Below, in pieces: positions 40,701-49,243 of a stretch of 64,000 bases of DNA. The translations under genes were made by a program, and so were the position numbers. Positions within the stretch are counted from its first letter, which is position 1, and every line of letters starts with the position of its first letter. The notes below the pieces were generated by a model. The model had not been told where the DNA came from, searched no databases, and saw nothing but the letters and a program-made list of their open reading frames with translations. This stretch comes from Candidatus Bipolaricaulota bacterium (GTDB taxonomy: Bacteria; Bipolaricaulota; Bipolaricaulia; UBA7950; UBA9294), in assembly GCA_030606565.1 (NCBI GenBank), contig JAUWGE010000005.1, forward strand, positions 7,777 to 71,776. Direction: 5' to 3'.

Positions 40701-41095
40701 TTAGCCGTCAGACCTGCGTACCCCTGACAGTCCGTATGTGCAGGACAAGCTTGCTGACAGGGAGCGATGCAGTCCCCCCAGTGATTGCTAAGCAGCAGTT
40801 CGAGGGCGGTCCGGCGGATATCTTCGGCCGCCTTGCTATAGGTATGGATAACCATCCCATCGCGAACAGGCGTTGAACAGGACTTGACGACTCCCATTCC
40901 CTCTACATCGACGACGCACACACCACAGGAGTCGTATGGAGCAAGACGTTCCTCAGCGCAAAGAGCGGGGATCTCTATACCTTCGCGCCGAGCAAGAACA
41001 AGGATCGTCTCCCCCTCGACTGCGGAGACCTTTTTCTCATTTATTGTGACTGAAAGCATCCCATCCCCTTTTTCACTGAACATCGATCGCTCCAA
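37751..41095 (-). CDS. Multidomain iron-sulfur flavoprotein: N-terminal 2Fe-2S ferredoxin (NuoG/HydA-N-like), then a complete GltD/NfnB-like FAD/NAD(P) oxidoreductase module, then NuoG-type His/Cys 4Fe-4S cluster domains, then a MopB N-terminal 4Fe-4S motif and a shortened molybdopterin-oxidoreductase-like domain. The real start is probably MLSVTIN at about 41059.
   Basis: Motifs in order: C..CGVCVVDVEG (2Fe-2S); WGDCIAPCQQACPAHTDCQGY (GltD alpha-helical Fe-S); VAIVGGGPAGLSAAYFL (FAD); VVIGGGNTAMDAARSA (NAD(P)); CISCGRCLRICSDVCG and CVSCGACVDACPTGAL (2x 4Fe-4S); TICTLCGLLCE...C (MopB Fe-S). Only about 410 aa of MopB-like domain follow. Confidence 0.8.
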   Translation of the reverse strand: MERSMFSEKGDGMLSVTINEKKVSAVEGETILVLARREGIEIPALCAEERLAPYDSCGVCVVDVEGMGVVKSCSTPVRDGMVIHTYSKAAEDIRRTALELLLSNHWGDCIAPCQQACPAHTDCQGYAGLTANGLFEEALHLLYEKLPLPAAFGRICPAPCEDACRREIAEEPVQIRHIKRFLGDKEFDYIPSIATDTGKRVAIVGGGPAGLSAAYFLRRNGHTTVVFDAMPKMGGMLRYGIPDFRLAQKGLDRELAVLEKMGIEFRNNVRLGEEITLVQLQSEFDAVFLGLGAWRVRGLRIPGEDHSSVMQGIEFLRRVNEGERTPLPPRMVVIGGGNTAMDAARSARRLGSDVTVVYRRSREQMPALPREVEEAEEEGVSFQFLVQPIEFVIENGDLTGIKCSRMKLGAPDTSGRARPIPIEGSEFVIPVAGVIIAVGQSPETDCLSGSEIAIDRGGRIIADEQTGLTKCAGVFAGGDVVTGPSIAVEAIGAGHRAADAIEQYLRGEDVGPAQFIYHHEKIDVTRADIGDVEEMPRVPTYVRPPDERVRDFEEYETNFTDEEAMKEGDRCLGCGCSAFNHCDLRDYATLTHAEQERYAGEVMHRLPDERHPFIIQDLGKCISCGRCLRICSDVCGISAIDFAGRGIDVEVQAPFNRAWQESDCVSCGACVDACPTGALTDRTALKKQVPLHIREEKTICTLCGLLCEVVVQSLNGHYLRTLPGDNGGILCAKGRYGWQTLLSEPRLRHPLIRRGEELVATTWDEAFSFIAERLPQDKNKVGIMAAPRITEEEGYLIARLAGEVLQTDHIMVEGTFARRAFTVPRGAVAPISAIETSDLIVVVGPRSHYERFLIDLKVRVAQRAGGTIISLQGDLPDADIVVDDLPATQVITALLGEGNGDLRVAAMQAAIVAATAPLFVLEGRETSDETVSALAHLVEREPRWRIAVLRAAPACGSLLREGRNKREDLFVQGGACFSFGADPACDPVLAEQMRTLDLVVAMSPTLNKTTAYAHVVLPMSVPFETSGQLHDTNGRIKHSKAAVESPVAMENWRILVELANALGADSGEMTLGTVSDVVAASMQGAPETGGPWWVGDTPDSLALAIEEELSRLKI

Positions 41096-42830
41096 ACGGA
41101 CAGACTTCGTAACAACGGCCGCACTTGATACATATCTTCTGATCGATTACCTGAAACGCGCCTTCACCTTGCGAGATCGCCTGCACCGGGCAGTCGCGCG
41201 TGCAGAGTTTGCAGTCTTTACACCGCTCGGGGCCGATCTCGTAGTGGATCAGCGCCTTGCACACGTGTGCAGGACAGGTCTTATCGACAATGTGGGCATC
41301 ATATTCCTCGCGGAAGTACTTTGCTGTGGTGAGAACAGGGTTGGGCGCTGTCTGCCCTAAACCGCAAAGGGAATAGGTCTTGACCTTCTCACTCAGTTCT
41401 AGTAACCGCTCTAGGTCATCACCAGTTCCCTCGCCGTCGCAGATCCGTGTCAGGATCTCAAGCATCCTCTTCGTGCCAATGCGACAGAAGGTGCACTTTC
41501 CGCATGATTCCTTCTGGATAAAGTCGAGGAAGAAGCGCGCTAGATCGACCATGCACGTCTTCTCGTCAAGGACGATCAACCCGCCGGAACCCATGATCGC
41601 CCCTGTCTCGGTGATCGATTCGTAGTCGACTGGGACATCGGCAAGGGAGGAGGGGATGCACCCACCGGAAGGGCCTCCGATCTGCACCGCCTTGAACCCC
41701 TTTCCATCGCGAATCCCGCCGCCGATATTGAAGACGATATCCTTGATTGGCATCCCCATTGGGACCTCGACCAATCCGCTGTGGTTCACCTTCCCGGCCA
41801 GGGCAAAGACCTTTGTCCCTTTACTCTTCTCCGTCCCGTAGCGTGTGAACTCCTCCGTCTTGTGACGAATGATCCACGGAACGTTGGCCAGGGTCTCCAC
41901 GTTGTTGATATTCGTCGGCTTTTCCCACAGTCCGGAGACAGCAGGGTAGGGAGGACGCCTCCGTGGGGTGCCGCGTCTCCCTTCTATCGAGGCGATCAGC
42001 GCGGTCTCTTCCCCACAGACGAACGCCCCTGCTCCAGCCTTGATCTTAACCTCGAATGAGAAGTCGCTGCCGAGTATATTCTCCCCAATGAAACCAGCGG
42101 TGGTTGCATCAGCTAGTGCCTTCTCCAACCGTTTAATCGCCAACGGGTACTCGGCGCGTACGTAGAAGTATCCGTGCGGGGCGCCGATCGCGTAAGCTCC
42201 GATCGCTATACCTTCGAGTACACGGTGCGGGTCTCCCTCGAGCACGCTACGGTCCATAAACGCCCCGGGGTCCCCTTCGTCGCCATTGCAGATGAAGTAC
42301 TTCTCCGGCCCAGGCTCACGCGCGGCAAAGCCCCACTTAACGCCGGTGGGAAAACCGGCTCCGCCACGACCACGCAGCCCAGAGGCAGTTACCTTCTCGA
42401 TCACCTGTTGCGGGGTCATCTCAGTGAGGGCGATCCTCAACGCCTCGTATCCTGCGTGTGCCCGGTACTCGTCGAGCGATTCGGGGTCAATTAAACCGCA
42501 GTTTTCGAGCACGATGCGAACCTGTTTATCGAAAAAGCCATCGGTAGCAACGAGGAGATCCTGAATAGGCTGCCCGCCAACGGCATGTTTTTCTACAATG
42601 CGTGTTACGTCCTCAACCCGTACGTGTCCGTATGTGGATAGCTTGCCATCCTGGTAAACTACGTCGACCAGCGGTTCGTTGTAGCACATACCGATGCACC
42701 CGACCCGCTTCAGCTTTACCGATGCATTACTCGCAGCCAGCTCCTTTTCAAAGGCGGAGTACACCGGTTCAGCGCCAGCAGCGATCCCGCAGGTTGCTAA
42801 CCCCACTCTTATCTCACTTACGTGGCTCAT
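41073..42830 (-). CDS. NuoF/HydB-like NAD(P)H-binding flavoprotein subunit with an N-terminal thioredoxin-like 2Fe-2S domain and C-terminal 2x[4Fe-4S] ferredoxin domain
   Basis: GRGGAGFPTG (FMN/NADH site of the NuoF family). C-terminal CKDCKLCTRDCP and CIKCGRCYEVCPFGAI. 585 aa. Confidence 0.85.
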   Translation of the reverse strand: MSHVSEIRVGLATCGIAAGAEPVYSAFEKELAASNASVKLKRVGCIGMCYNEPLVDVVYQDGKLSTYGHVRVEDVTRIVEKHAVGGQPIQDLLVATDGFFDKQVRIVLENCGLIDPESLDEYRAHAGYEALRIALTEMTPQQVIEKVTASGLRGRGGAGFPTGVKWGFAAREPGPEKYFICNGDEGDPGAFMDRSVLEGDPHRVLEGIAIGAYAIGAPHGYFYVRAEYPLAIKRLEKALADATTAGFIGENILGSDFSFEVKIKAGAGAFVCGEETALIASIEGRRGTPRRRPPYPAVSGLWEKPTNINNVETLANVPWIIRHKTEEFTRYGTEKSKGTKVFALAGKVNHSGLVEVPMGMPIKDIVFNIGGGIRDGKGFKAVQIGGPSGGCIPSSLADVPVDYESITETGAIMGSGGLIVLDEKTCMVDLARFFLDFIQKESCGKCTFCRIGTKRMLEILTRICDGEGTGDDLERLLELSEKVKTYSLCGLGQTAPNPVLTTAKYFREEYDAHIVDKTCPAHVCKALIHYEIGPERCKDCKLCTRDCPVQAISQGEGAFQVIDQKICIKCGRCYEVCPFGAIDVQ

Positions 42831-43321
42831 CTTTCCTCCTGCTCACGGTACGAGGAGAGGATCTCATCCACCGTATCGCGCGTCAGACGCCCGTACGTTT
42901 CATCATCGATCATCATCGCCGGGGCAAGGCTGCAACACCCAAGACAACGTACGCTTTCAAGGGTGAATAGCCCATCCGTTGTGGTCTCATTCTCCTCTAT
43001 TCCCAGTTGTTCCTGGAAATGCGCCATGATCTCTCCCGCTCCGAGAACATGGCAGGCCGTCCCTTGGCAAACGCGGATCAGGTGTTTCCCCGGACGAGAA
43101 AGACGGAACTGCGAATAGAAGGTAGCCACCCCGTATATGGAACTTAACGGGACATGCGTATACTCAGAAACACGCTCTAAGTTGCTCTCCGAAAGGTATC
43201 CGTATCGGTTCTGGATCTGTTGTAAGAGAGGGATAACGCTTGCTGAAGAAGAAGTGGAGGTGCGGAACGAATCTATCCCCACCGTTTTTTCTTCTGAATC
43301 TTGAGAGGTCGGATTTGGCAT
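42827..43321 (-). CDS. NuoE/HydC-like thioredoxin-like [2Fe-2S] ferredoxin subunit
   Basis: CQGTACHVLG...CLGCCSLAPAMMIDD cysteine pattern. 4-nt overlap with the NuoF-like gene. Confidence 0.8.
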   Translation of the reverse strand: MPNPTSQDSEEKTVGIDSFRTSTSSSASVIPLLQQIQNRYGYLSESNLERVSEYTHVPLSSIYGVATFYSQFRLSRPGKHLIRVCQGTACHVLGAGEIMAHFQEQLGIEENETTTDGLFTLESVRCLGCCSLAPAMMIDDETYGRLTRDTVDEILSSYREQEER

Positions 43322-43515
43322 GTATCTCCTTTCAGATTACTGTTCTAATCACAACATCCCGTTATTTAGCAACTCTTGAACTACTTTTGTTCGTCCTTTG
43401 TAACCGGACTGTTCCCTGGCTGCGGGGATTATCCATTCCACAAAGGGAAGGTGCAACCTACGGAATAGCCCTGAAATCCCTCCCCCGCAGGCGTACAATA
43501 GGAAACGGAGGGGTA

Positions 43516-44172
43516 ATGCGCTACTACATCGAAAGCGACGGGAAAGTGTTCTTGGTTAGCCGAGAAGGGACTCTCGATCTACCTCAAAAAACAGAGGTTC
43601 CCTTTCCGCTACAGGAGATCGCCCCACTTGCCACAAGTGCCCCTGTCATCTTCTGTACCCCGAAACTTGAGAAGCACCCCCGTGAGTGGCTAGAGAAGGA
43701 TGAGATCATCGGCCTCCCAGCCGTCTCTCCTCTGGTGCGGGAGGCGGTGCACGCCGGGATGCCGCGGGTAGTGGTCGAGGGGATCTGTCTTAAAGGGAGT
43801 AACGTCCTTCTGGTAAAGGGAAGCCGTGGCCTGACTAAGGGACGATGGTCGCTACCCGGGGGGTTCCTCCGTTTTGGAGAGACACCACGTGAAGGCCTCC
43901 TACGCGAGCTGAGAGAAGAACTCGACGTTGAGGCGCAGATCACTGGGCTCCTCGATGTCAAAGCAAAGCTAGGAAAAAAAAGTCGCCTTCACTGGACTAT
44001 GGTCTTCTACCGAATCTCCCTCTTTGGCGAGCCAGCCCCGAATCCCGACGAGATCATGGCAGCAGAATATTTTCCACTCCCTCGAGCACAGGAACTCCTG
44101 TTTGATGACCTCATGCGCGAGGTAATCGCATCTCACTTAGATGCCTTTAAAGCTACAGAAGGTCCATGCTGA
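43516..44172 (+). CDS. NUDIX hydrolase (with an N-terminal extension of about 90 aa). The ORF-track start at 43240 is probably upstream of the real start.
   Basis: GGAGG RBS 5 nt before the ATG at 43516. Nudix box GGFLRFGETPREGLLRELREELDVEA. Confidence 0.7.
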   Translation: MRYYIESDGKVFLVSREGTLDLPQKTEVPFPLQEIAPLATSAPVIFCTPKLEKHPREWLEKDEIIGLPAVSPLVREAVHAGMPRVVVEGICLKGSNVLLVKGSRGLTKGRWSLPGGFLRFGETPREGLLRELREELDVEAQITGLLDVKAKLGKKSRLHWTMVFYRISLFGEPAPNPDEIMAAEYFPLPRAQELLFDDLMREVIASHLDAFKATEGPC

Positions 44173-45271
44173 TCAAAAGTTCGATATCTTGCCTCCACTC
44201 CAAGAAATAGGGTTCATGTCTAAATTGTATGCCCAGGGTCACACGCGCGTACTCGACAGGGGTCAATACCAAGTCAAGCGACAGGCTATGGATGTCGGTG
44301 GGTGTACCGTCCCACATCTGCCGTGAAAAGGAGTAGGACGAGAAGAGAGTGACCCTCTTGGCAATAAGATAATCATACCCCAGGGTGATCTCCAGTTCGT
44401 GAGTGCGAAGGATATCATACGATCCGGAAAGTGTAGAGAGGGCCCCCTGGACGAGGAACTGCGCCTGTGGAGTGGTGGTAAAGGCGTAGTTAAACGACAC
44501 TGTACCCAAAAGGTCGTTCGGTTCGCCTAATGGATCCAAGAGTTCGTAGCCGATACCAAGCTTTAAATCCCCCCCACAATAGCGGACGTAGCTTTCGTCT
44601 TCGATGATTCTCGCTATCTCATAGATATCGAGTGCGTCGAGTTCCCCCACTTTGATGAACCCGGTCCCCTCTATGATCTCCTGAAGCACATCTAGCAGGT
44701 CAGCTAACGTCTCGTAAGTTGCGATACTGTCAATCTCGTACGCGATCGCCTCTAGGTCGAGATCGTCCAGATGCTTGGAGATGCTCCTCTTTTTCACTAG
44801 ATAGGCGTCGATCTTCATCGCCTTAGCGAGGGGGGTGACATCGGTAAACCGGCCGTAACCGACCCCAAGCTTCACCGCCAGCCCTATCGTCTTATAGGAG
44901 GAGGCGCTCTTCCCGCTCGCCCCGGCAAAGCCAAAGTAGAGGACTTCGGGCGAGAAATAGCGCTTAAAGTTCCCTTCAGCCGTTGTCAAAAATGAGGAGA
45001 GGCTCGATACAGAGATCGTTATATCGCTCTCCGCGGCGATGTCGAACCCGAACTCAGGTGAGTCGAACAGGCGAGTATAGTCGACCTTCAATTGTCCGGT
45101 GTCGATATCATAGTCAGCAAACCCATAGGGATCGTTGTAATAATGGTAAGAGAAGCTAATCGCTAAATCGGAGATATCCGTGCGGGGGGAGCGGTAGTTA
45201 CAAAGGGGCATCGCCACTACCGTCGTGCCAAAAAGGAGCAAAACAAGACAAACAAGCAGCCACTGTTTCAT
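44153..45271 (-). CDS. Secreted hypothetical protein (about 373 aa), beta-rich
   Basis: GAGGTG RBS. Signal peptide MKQWLLVCLVLLLFGTTVVAMP. The longer ORF-track version (to 45436) lacks a signal peptide at its start. Confidence 0.5.
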   Translation of the reverse strand: MKQWLLVCLVLLLFGTTVVAMPLCNYRSPRTDISDLAISFSYHYYNDPYGFADYDIDTGQLKVDYTRLFDSPEFGFDIAAESDITISVSSLSSFLTTAEGNFKRYFSPEVLYFGFAGASGKSASSYKTIGLAVKLGVGYGRFTDVTPLAKAMKIDAYLVKKRSISKHLDDLDLEAIAYEIDSIATYETLADLLDVLQEIIEGTGFIKVGELDALDIYEIARIIEDESYVRYCGGDLKLGIGYELLDPLGEPNDLLGTVSFNYAFTTTPQAQFLVQGALSTLSGSYDILRTHELEITLGYDYLIAKRVTLFSSYSFSRQMWDGTPTDIHSLSLDLVLTPVEYARVTLGIQFRHEPYFLEWRQDIELLISMDLL

Positions 45272-45362
45272 GCAGATCACCTCGTCTAAAGAAAGTAGGA
45301 TAACGATAAGGGGCTGACAACTGAATCCTTCCCTTGCTTGAGTGAGGGATGTCCGTTCCGAC

Positions 45363-46523
45363 TCACCAGCCCTCGTCGCCTCTGCGCACGATTCCTTCCC
45401 CATACTGCGCGGAAAGCTCATCGAGGGTGCCCTCAAGGAATGTTTCCTCCTTATCGAATAAGGAGAGTTGACGGATATTTGCCTCGCTCAAACGACCGAC
45501 CCCCACCCCGAGGAGCCTCACCCCACGGCCTTTGAGGGACACGTGGCGGCGAAAGAGATCGACGGCCAACCCTTCGATAATATGGGTGGAGTCAGTTCCC
45601 ACTCCAACACTAACCTGACGAGTGATAGTCTGAAAGTCAGGGAAGCGGACCTTTATCCGCACCGTCTTTCCTTGAAGTTTCTCCTGACGCAGCTGCGCCG
45701 CAACGTCGCGAGCAAGATGCCGCAGGAGATTCTCGATCTTTGCCATCTCGCGGATGTCCTGGGGGAAGGTCACCTCGCGGGAGACCGACTTGGCCTCCCG
45801 GCTTGGCTGCACTGGGGTGTCATCCTCTCCGCGGGCAAGGCGGTAGAGGGTTCTTCCGGTCGCTCCGAACTTACCCACTAGAAGCTCAAGCGGTGCTTCT
45901 CGCAGATCGCGGATCTTCAAAAAGCCGAGACCACGCAGCCGCCGCTCGGTCACCTTCCCCACTCCCCAGATCATCCCCACCGGAAGGGGGTCGAGGAGTC
46001 CTTGCATCTGCTGCGGCTCGATCACCACCAGGCCATCTGGTTTATTGAGTTCGGAGGCAAGCTTGGCCAGAAACCGATTGGGAGCAAGGCCAACCGAGCA
46101 GGTGAGCTTAGTCCTATCCCGTACGCGGCGTTTGATCTCCACGACGATCTCCTCCGCCGGGCCGAACACCCTCTCGCTTCCTGTCAGGTCGAGGAACGCC
46201 TCATCGAGTGAAATCGTCTCCACAAGAGGCGTGTAGGCATACAGGATCTCGCGCACCTGCGCGGAGATCTCCTGGTAGCGAGAGAAGCGCGGCAAAAGGT
46301 AAATCCCGTCCTGACAGAGCTTGCGCGCCTTGGCCATCGGCATCGCGCTCCCCACTCCATACTTGCGAGCCTCGTAGGAAGCAGTAGATACGACCCCGCG
46401 CGGCCCCAGCCCGCCAACAATCACCGGTCTCCCTCGATAGGCAGGATGGTCGAGCTGCTCCACCGCGGCAAAGAAGGCGTCCATGTCTAGATGAGCGATC
46501 TTGCGAACAGGCTTAGCTCTCAT
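45363..46523 (-). CDS. dinB: DNA polymerase IV (Y-family translesion polymerase)
   Basis: N-terminus MRAKPVRKIAHLDMDAFFAAVEQLDHPAYRGRPVIVGG and a downstream SIDEAFLDLTG motif. Confidence 0.9.
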   Translation of the reverse strand: MRAKPVRKIAHLDMDAFFAAVEQLDHPAYRGRPVIVGGLGPRGVVSTASYEARKYGVGSAMPMAKARKLCQDGIYLLPRFSRYQEISAQVREILYAYTPLVETISLDEAFLDLTGSERVFGPAEEIVVEIKRRVRDRTKLTCSVGLAPNRFLAKLASELNKPDGLVVIEPQQMQGLLDPLPVGMIWGVGKVTERRLRGLGFLKIRDLREAPLELLVGKFGATGRTLYRLARGEDDTPVQPSREAKSVSREVTFPQDIREMAKIENLLRHLARDVAAQLRQEKLQGKTVRIKVRFPDFQTITRQVSVGVGTDSTHIIEGLAVDLFRRHVSLKGRGVRLLGVGVGRLSEANIRQLSLFDKEETFLEGTLDELSAQYGEGIVRRGDEGW

Positions 46524-46999
46524 CTTTTCCCTTGAACCCGCCTGAGCCAGGCAATAGTCCCAGGCTGCGTAACGTCATTAATCACCCGATAGGCAGAAAA
46601 CCCAAATCCAGGGCTGTGGTGAGGAGGGAATGTCGGGAAGCAAAGTCCAGCAAGCTCCTCCACAGCAAACGGTATCCCACCCTCTCTTACCAGCTCGCCC
46701 GCAAGGGCCCACAACCGGTCGAAGCGTTTTTTCTCCCCCTTTTTAAGTGACTGTGAGACAAGAAAGGTAGTGAGCTTTCTGAGCTCCATCCCGCGCTCCT
46801 TGCACGGACGAAGGTGGAGCCGCGCCGTCTTTCCGGCAGGGTCGATCACCTGCAACGGATTTTCTCCGACCGTTCCCGTAGAGTCGATTCCCTTCCATTC
46901 TTGCTTCAAGTCTTCTTGAAAGCGCCGACGATCCCTTAAAAGGTGATCAATCCCAAATACCGCCTGATAGACCAGCTTCTGTAGATCTCCTGGATTCAT
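46520..46999 (-). CDS. Hypothetical protein (about 160 aa) translationally coupled to dinB. The start is uncertain; the ORF-track N-terminus to 47251 is probably spurious.
   Basis: The stop overlaps the dinB start (ATGA on the minus strand). The first 85 residues of the track ORF overlap a clearly real plus-strand NTPase gene. Confidence 0.45.
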   Translation of the reverse strand: MNPGDLQKLVYQAVFGIDHLLRDRRRFQEDLKQEWKGIDSTGTVGENPLQVIDPAGKTARLHLRPCKERGMELRKLTTFLVSQSLKKGEKKRFDRLWALAGELVREGGIPFAVEELAGLCFPTFPPHHSPGFGFSAYRVINDVTQPGTIAWLRRVQGKR

Positions 47000-47084
47000 C
47001 CGCGGGTGAAGTGCAACCTCGGTCTTCACTATCTGTAAGAGAGTTCCTTTCTCATCCACGAAGGAGAGGATAGAATGGTGCAAG

Positions 47085-47627
47085 ATGACGGTCAAGGTGC
47101 GAATTGTAATCACAGGGCGACCGGGGGTAGGAAAGACAACGGTGATCGAACGCGTCCTCGATCGGATCCCCTTAAGCACAGGGGGGATGTTAACCGCTGA
47201 GATTCGCAAGTGCGGCCATCGTGTCGGGTTCTCCGTCATCGATATTGCCACCGGCAGAAATGGCGTTCTGGCCCATCTGCATCAAGGCAAAGGCCCAAAA
47301 ATAGGCCGGTACACGGTCAATCTGCACGACCTTGAAGAAGTTGGAGTGGCGGCGATCCGTCGTGCCGTTCTGGAAAAAGATCTGATAGTAATCGATGAGA
47401 TTGCGCCGATGGAACTATACTCGCCCGCGTTTATCCAGGCGGTCGAGAAAGCGCTAGCAAGCTCAAGACACCTTTTGATCTCCACCCGCGCTCACACTGA
47501 CCACCCGCTGGTACACCGCGTTTGTCAAGAGCTGGAGCTTTTCCGGGTTAAGCTTTCCACCCGCGATAACATGGTAGAGACGATCGTTGAAGCAATCAAA
47601 TCCGGTAGCGACCATGCTTACGATTAA
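47085..47627 (+). CDS. THEP1/Mj1559-type nucleoside-triphosphatase (NTPase_1 family)
   Basis: MTVKVRIVITGRPGVGKTTVIERVL Walker A motif, with following GFSV and DEIAPMEL segments typical of PF03266. Confidence 0.7.
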   Translation: MTVKVRIVITGRPGVGKTTVIERVLDRIPLSTGGMLTAEIRKCGHRVGFSVIDIATGRNGVLAHLHQGKGPKIGRYTVNLHDLEEVGVAAIRRAVLEKDLIVIDEIAPMELYSPAFIQAVEKALASSRHLLISTRAHTDHPLVHRVCQELELFRVKLSTRDNMVETIVEAIKSGSDHAYD

Positions 47628-47749
47628 GCATTCACGAGGTAAGACCAAGACTTGGTGATACAACAAAGTTGACAGAGGTAAAGTGTTGCTATTCTACAAG
47701 AATTGCCTCGCTCGTCTCTACGGAGCATTTATTGCCTTAATGGCCACAT

Positions 47750-48145
47750 GACAGCATTTCCTAGTCACCCAGGTGACAGCATTTGCTGGTCACCTGGACT
47801 TCGATATGCTGGTAGTAAACGATCGGTTAAGGAGAATGGGATGGCCAAAAAACAAGCGTTAAGAAGCGTCGGCGAGAAATGGTTGCACCAGTACGCCGTG
47901 GCATTCCAATTCGCGAAGTTGCACGAAGGTTTCAAGTTGCTCTCAGCACCGCATAATTCTGACTTCAAGATATCATGGACTTCAATGCGAATCACATCCG
48001 TTTCTACGCTCTACGGCGTCGACAGCCAGCCTGGCAACCACTCCTCTGTGAGGGTCCCTACATACTCCCAAGACGAAGGTTCAACGAGTGACCAGGAATT
48101 GCTGTCACTTATCAATCAACGAACACTTTACTGACCAGGAAATGC
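47750..48145. repeat. Small element delimited by three copies of a 20-23-nt motif (CAGGTGACAGCATTT[C/G]CT[A/G]GTCAC): two direct copies at the left end, one of them part of a perfect hairpin, and one inverted copy at the right end. It encloses a short ORF.
   Basis: Left: gacagcatttcctagtcacc (47750-47769) followed by ccaggtgacagcatttgctggtcacctgg (47769-47797). Right: tgaccaggaaatgctgtcacctgg (48122-48145), which is the reverse complement of the motif. Confidence 0.6.
47841..48134 (+). CDS. Small hypothetical ORF (97 aa) inside the inverted-repeat-flanked element
   Basis: RBS AAGGAG 6 nt upstream of the ATG at 47841. No recognisable domain. AT-rich. Confidence 0.3.
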   Translation: MAKKQALRSVGEKWLHQYAVAFQFAKLHEGFKLLSAPHNSDFKISWTSMRITSVSTLYGVDSQPGNHSSVRVPTYSQDEGSTSDQELLSLINQRTLY

Positions 48146-48262
48146 TGTCACCTGGCCCCTTAATGATCAAAAGCTAGATTCATGAACCCCCCCCACCTTC
48201 CTACAAAACTAAGGAGCTGACGAGTAATGGGAAGTCTCCGAAAACCAAGCGTGGACCGGGCT

Positions 48263-48484
48263 TTATGCCCGCGTTGTTTGTCCCCCCTCGTGCATTTCTC
48301 CAACGAGAAGAGCCAGCCCATCCTCCCCCAATTTCAAAGGTAATTCTTGGGCAAGGTAGACCGAAACAGCGTTGTTTAATTCCTCGACTACAGATCGACC
48401 ATTGGCCTTGGAAAGAATGGCTAAGCCTTGGAGGAGAGTTGGATCGATCACCTCACTGCCGTGGGGGGTCCATCGTTGTTCCAC
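48263..48484 (-). CDS. Small hypothetical ORF (73 aa), possibly a ribbon-helix-helix/antitoxin-like protein
   Basis: GTG start preceded by GGAGGTAAGGAGGA. Weak similarity only. In an AT-rich patch. Confidence 0.25.
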   Translation of the reverse strand: MEQRWTPHGSEVIDPTLLQGLAILSKANGRSVVEELNNAVSVYLAQELPLKLGEDGLALLVGEMHEGGQTTRA

Positions 48485-49243
48485 TCCTCCTTACCTCCTC
48501 TGCGGGGAGAAGCCTGACAATATCCTCAGATTCTTACAGGATAAAAGCGCTTTTGTACCTCGCCATTGTTGTATACGCTTAGCGCATAATACAGCCCTTG
48601 GTCTTGCTATGTCAAGCGGAAGAAGCCAAGTTTATTCACAGCACTCAAAATTGCCCGCGTTCCAGATCCCTAGTGATCTTGAGGGGACGGCCTTGTTTTT
48701 TTGAAAACCTGAAAGCCTGAAAAAAAGGTATATAGGGCACCGGGAGGAAGTTCGTCACCTATTTATGACGGTAATCTCGAAGATCCGTTTCTCATACGCT
48801 TTTTCGCACTCCGTACTTGTGGGAGATGCACCCGTAACGGGACACTATGCCACTTGTTTCCATCCAATATATGAAATGAATAGTATAGTATTTACCGTGC
48901 AAAGCGTACTTAAGGGTGAGAGATAATTTGCGGATCGATGCCGCACAGCTTCTTGTGAACTCCCAACTTCGCGAATTCGCTTTAGGCCCGAGGCCAAGAT
49001 AGGATCAATCGAACAAGGACTGCGACGCGAGATAGCCCCAATGTTAAGCGAAATTTCGTCAGCAAAGACCCATTTTGGGGCCAAGATTATATAGACTACA
49101 CCGTTCCTTTCAGCAATTGCGTAATATACATTACCGACAAACGTAGCGGGATCTGCTATAGTGATTGCGATGAAGAAACCCCCTCATCTTTTTCACCACC
49201 CGGAGAGGGCGGTCGAGCGATCCAGCTTGGCCGCCCTTGCACT

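Noticed and set aside
38945-41360. Several 150-210-aa plus-strand ORFs (38945..39583, 39587..39943, 40884..41360)
   Set aside because: All are antisense to the strongly supported 1114-aa Fe-S flavoprotein gene and the NuoF-like gene, and have no motifs.
46999-47251. N-terminal 85 residues of the track ORF 46520..47251
   Set aside because: They overlap the plus-strand THEP1 NTPase gene, which has an unambiguous Walker A motif, so the minus-strand gene most likely starts internally.
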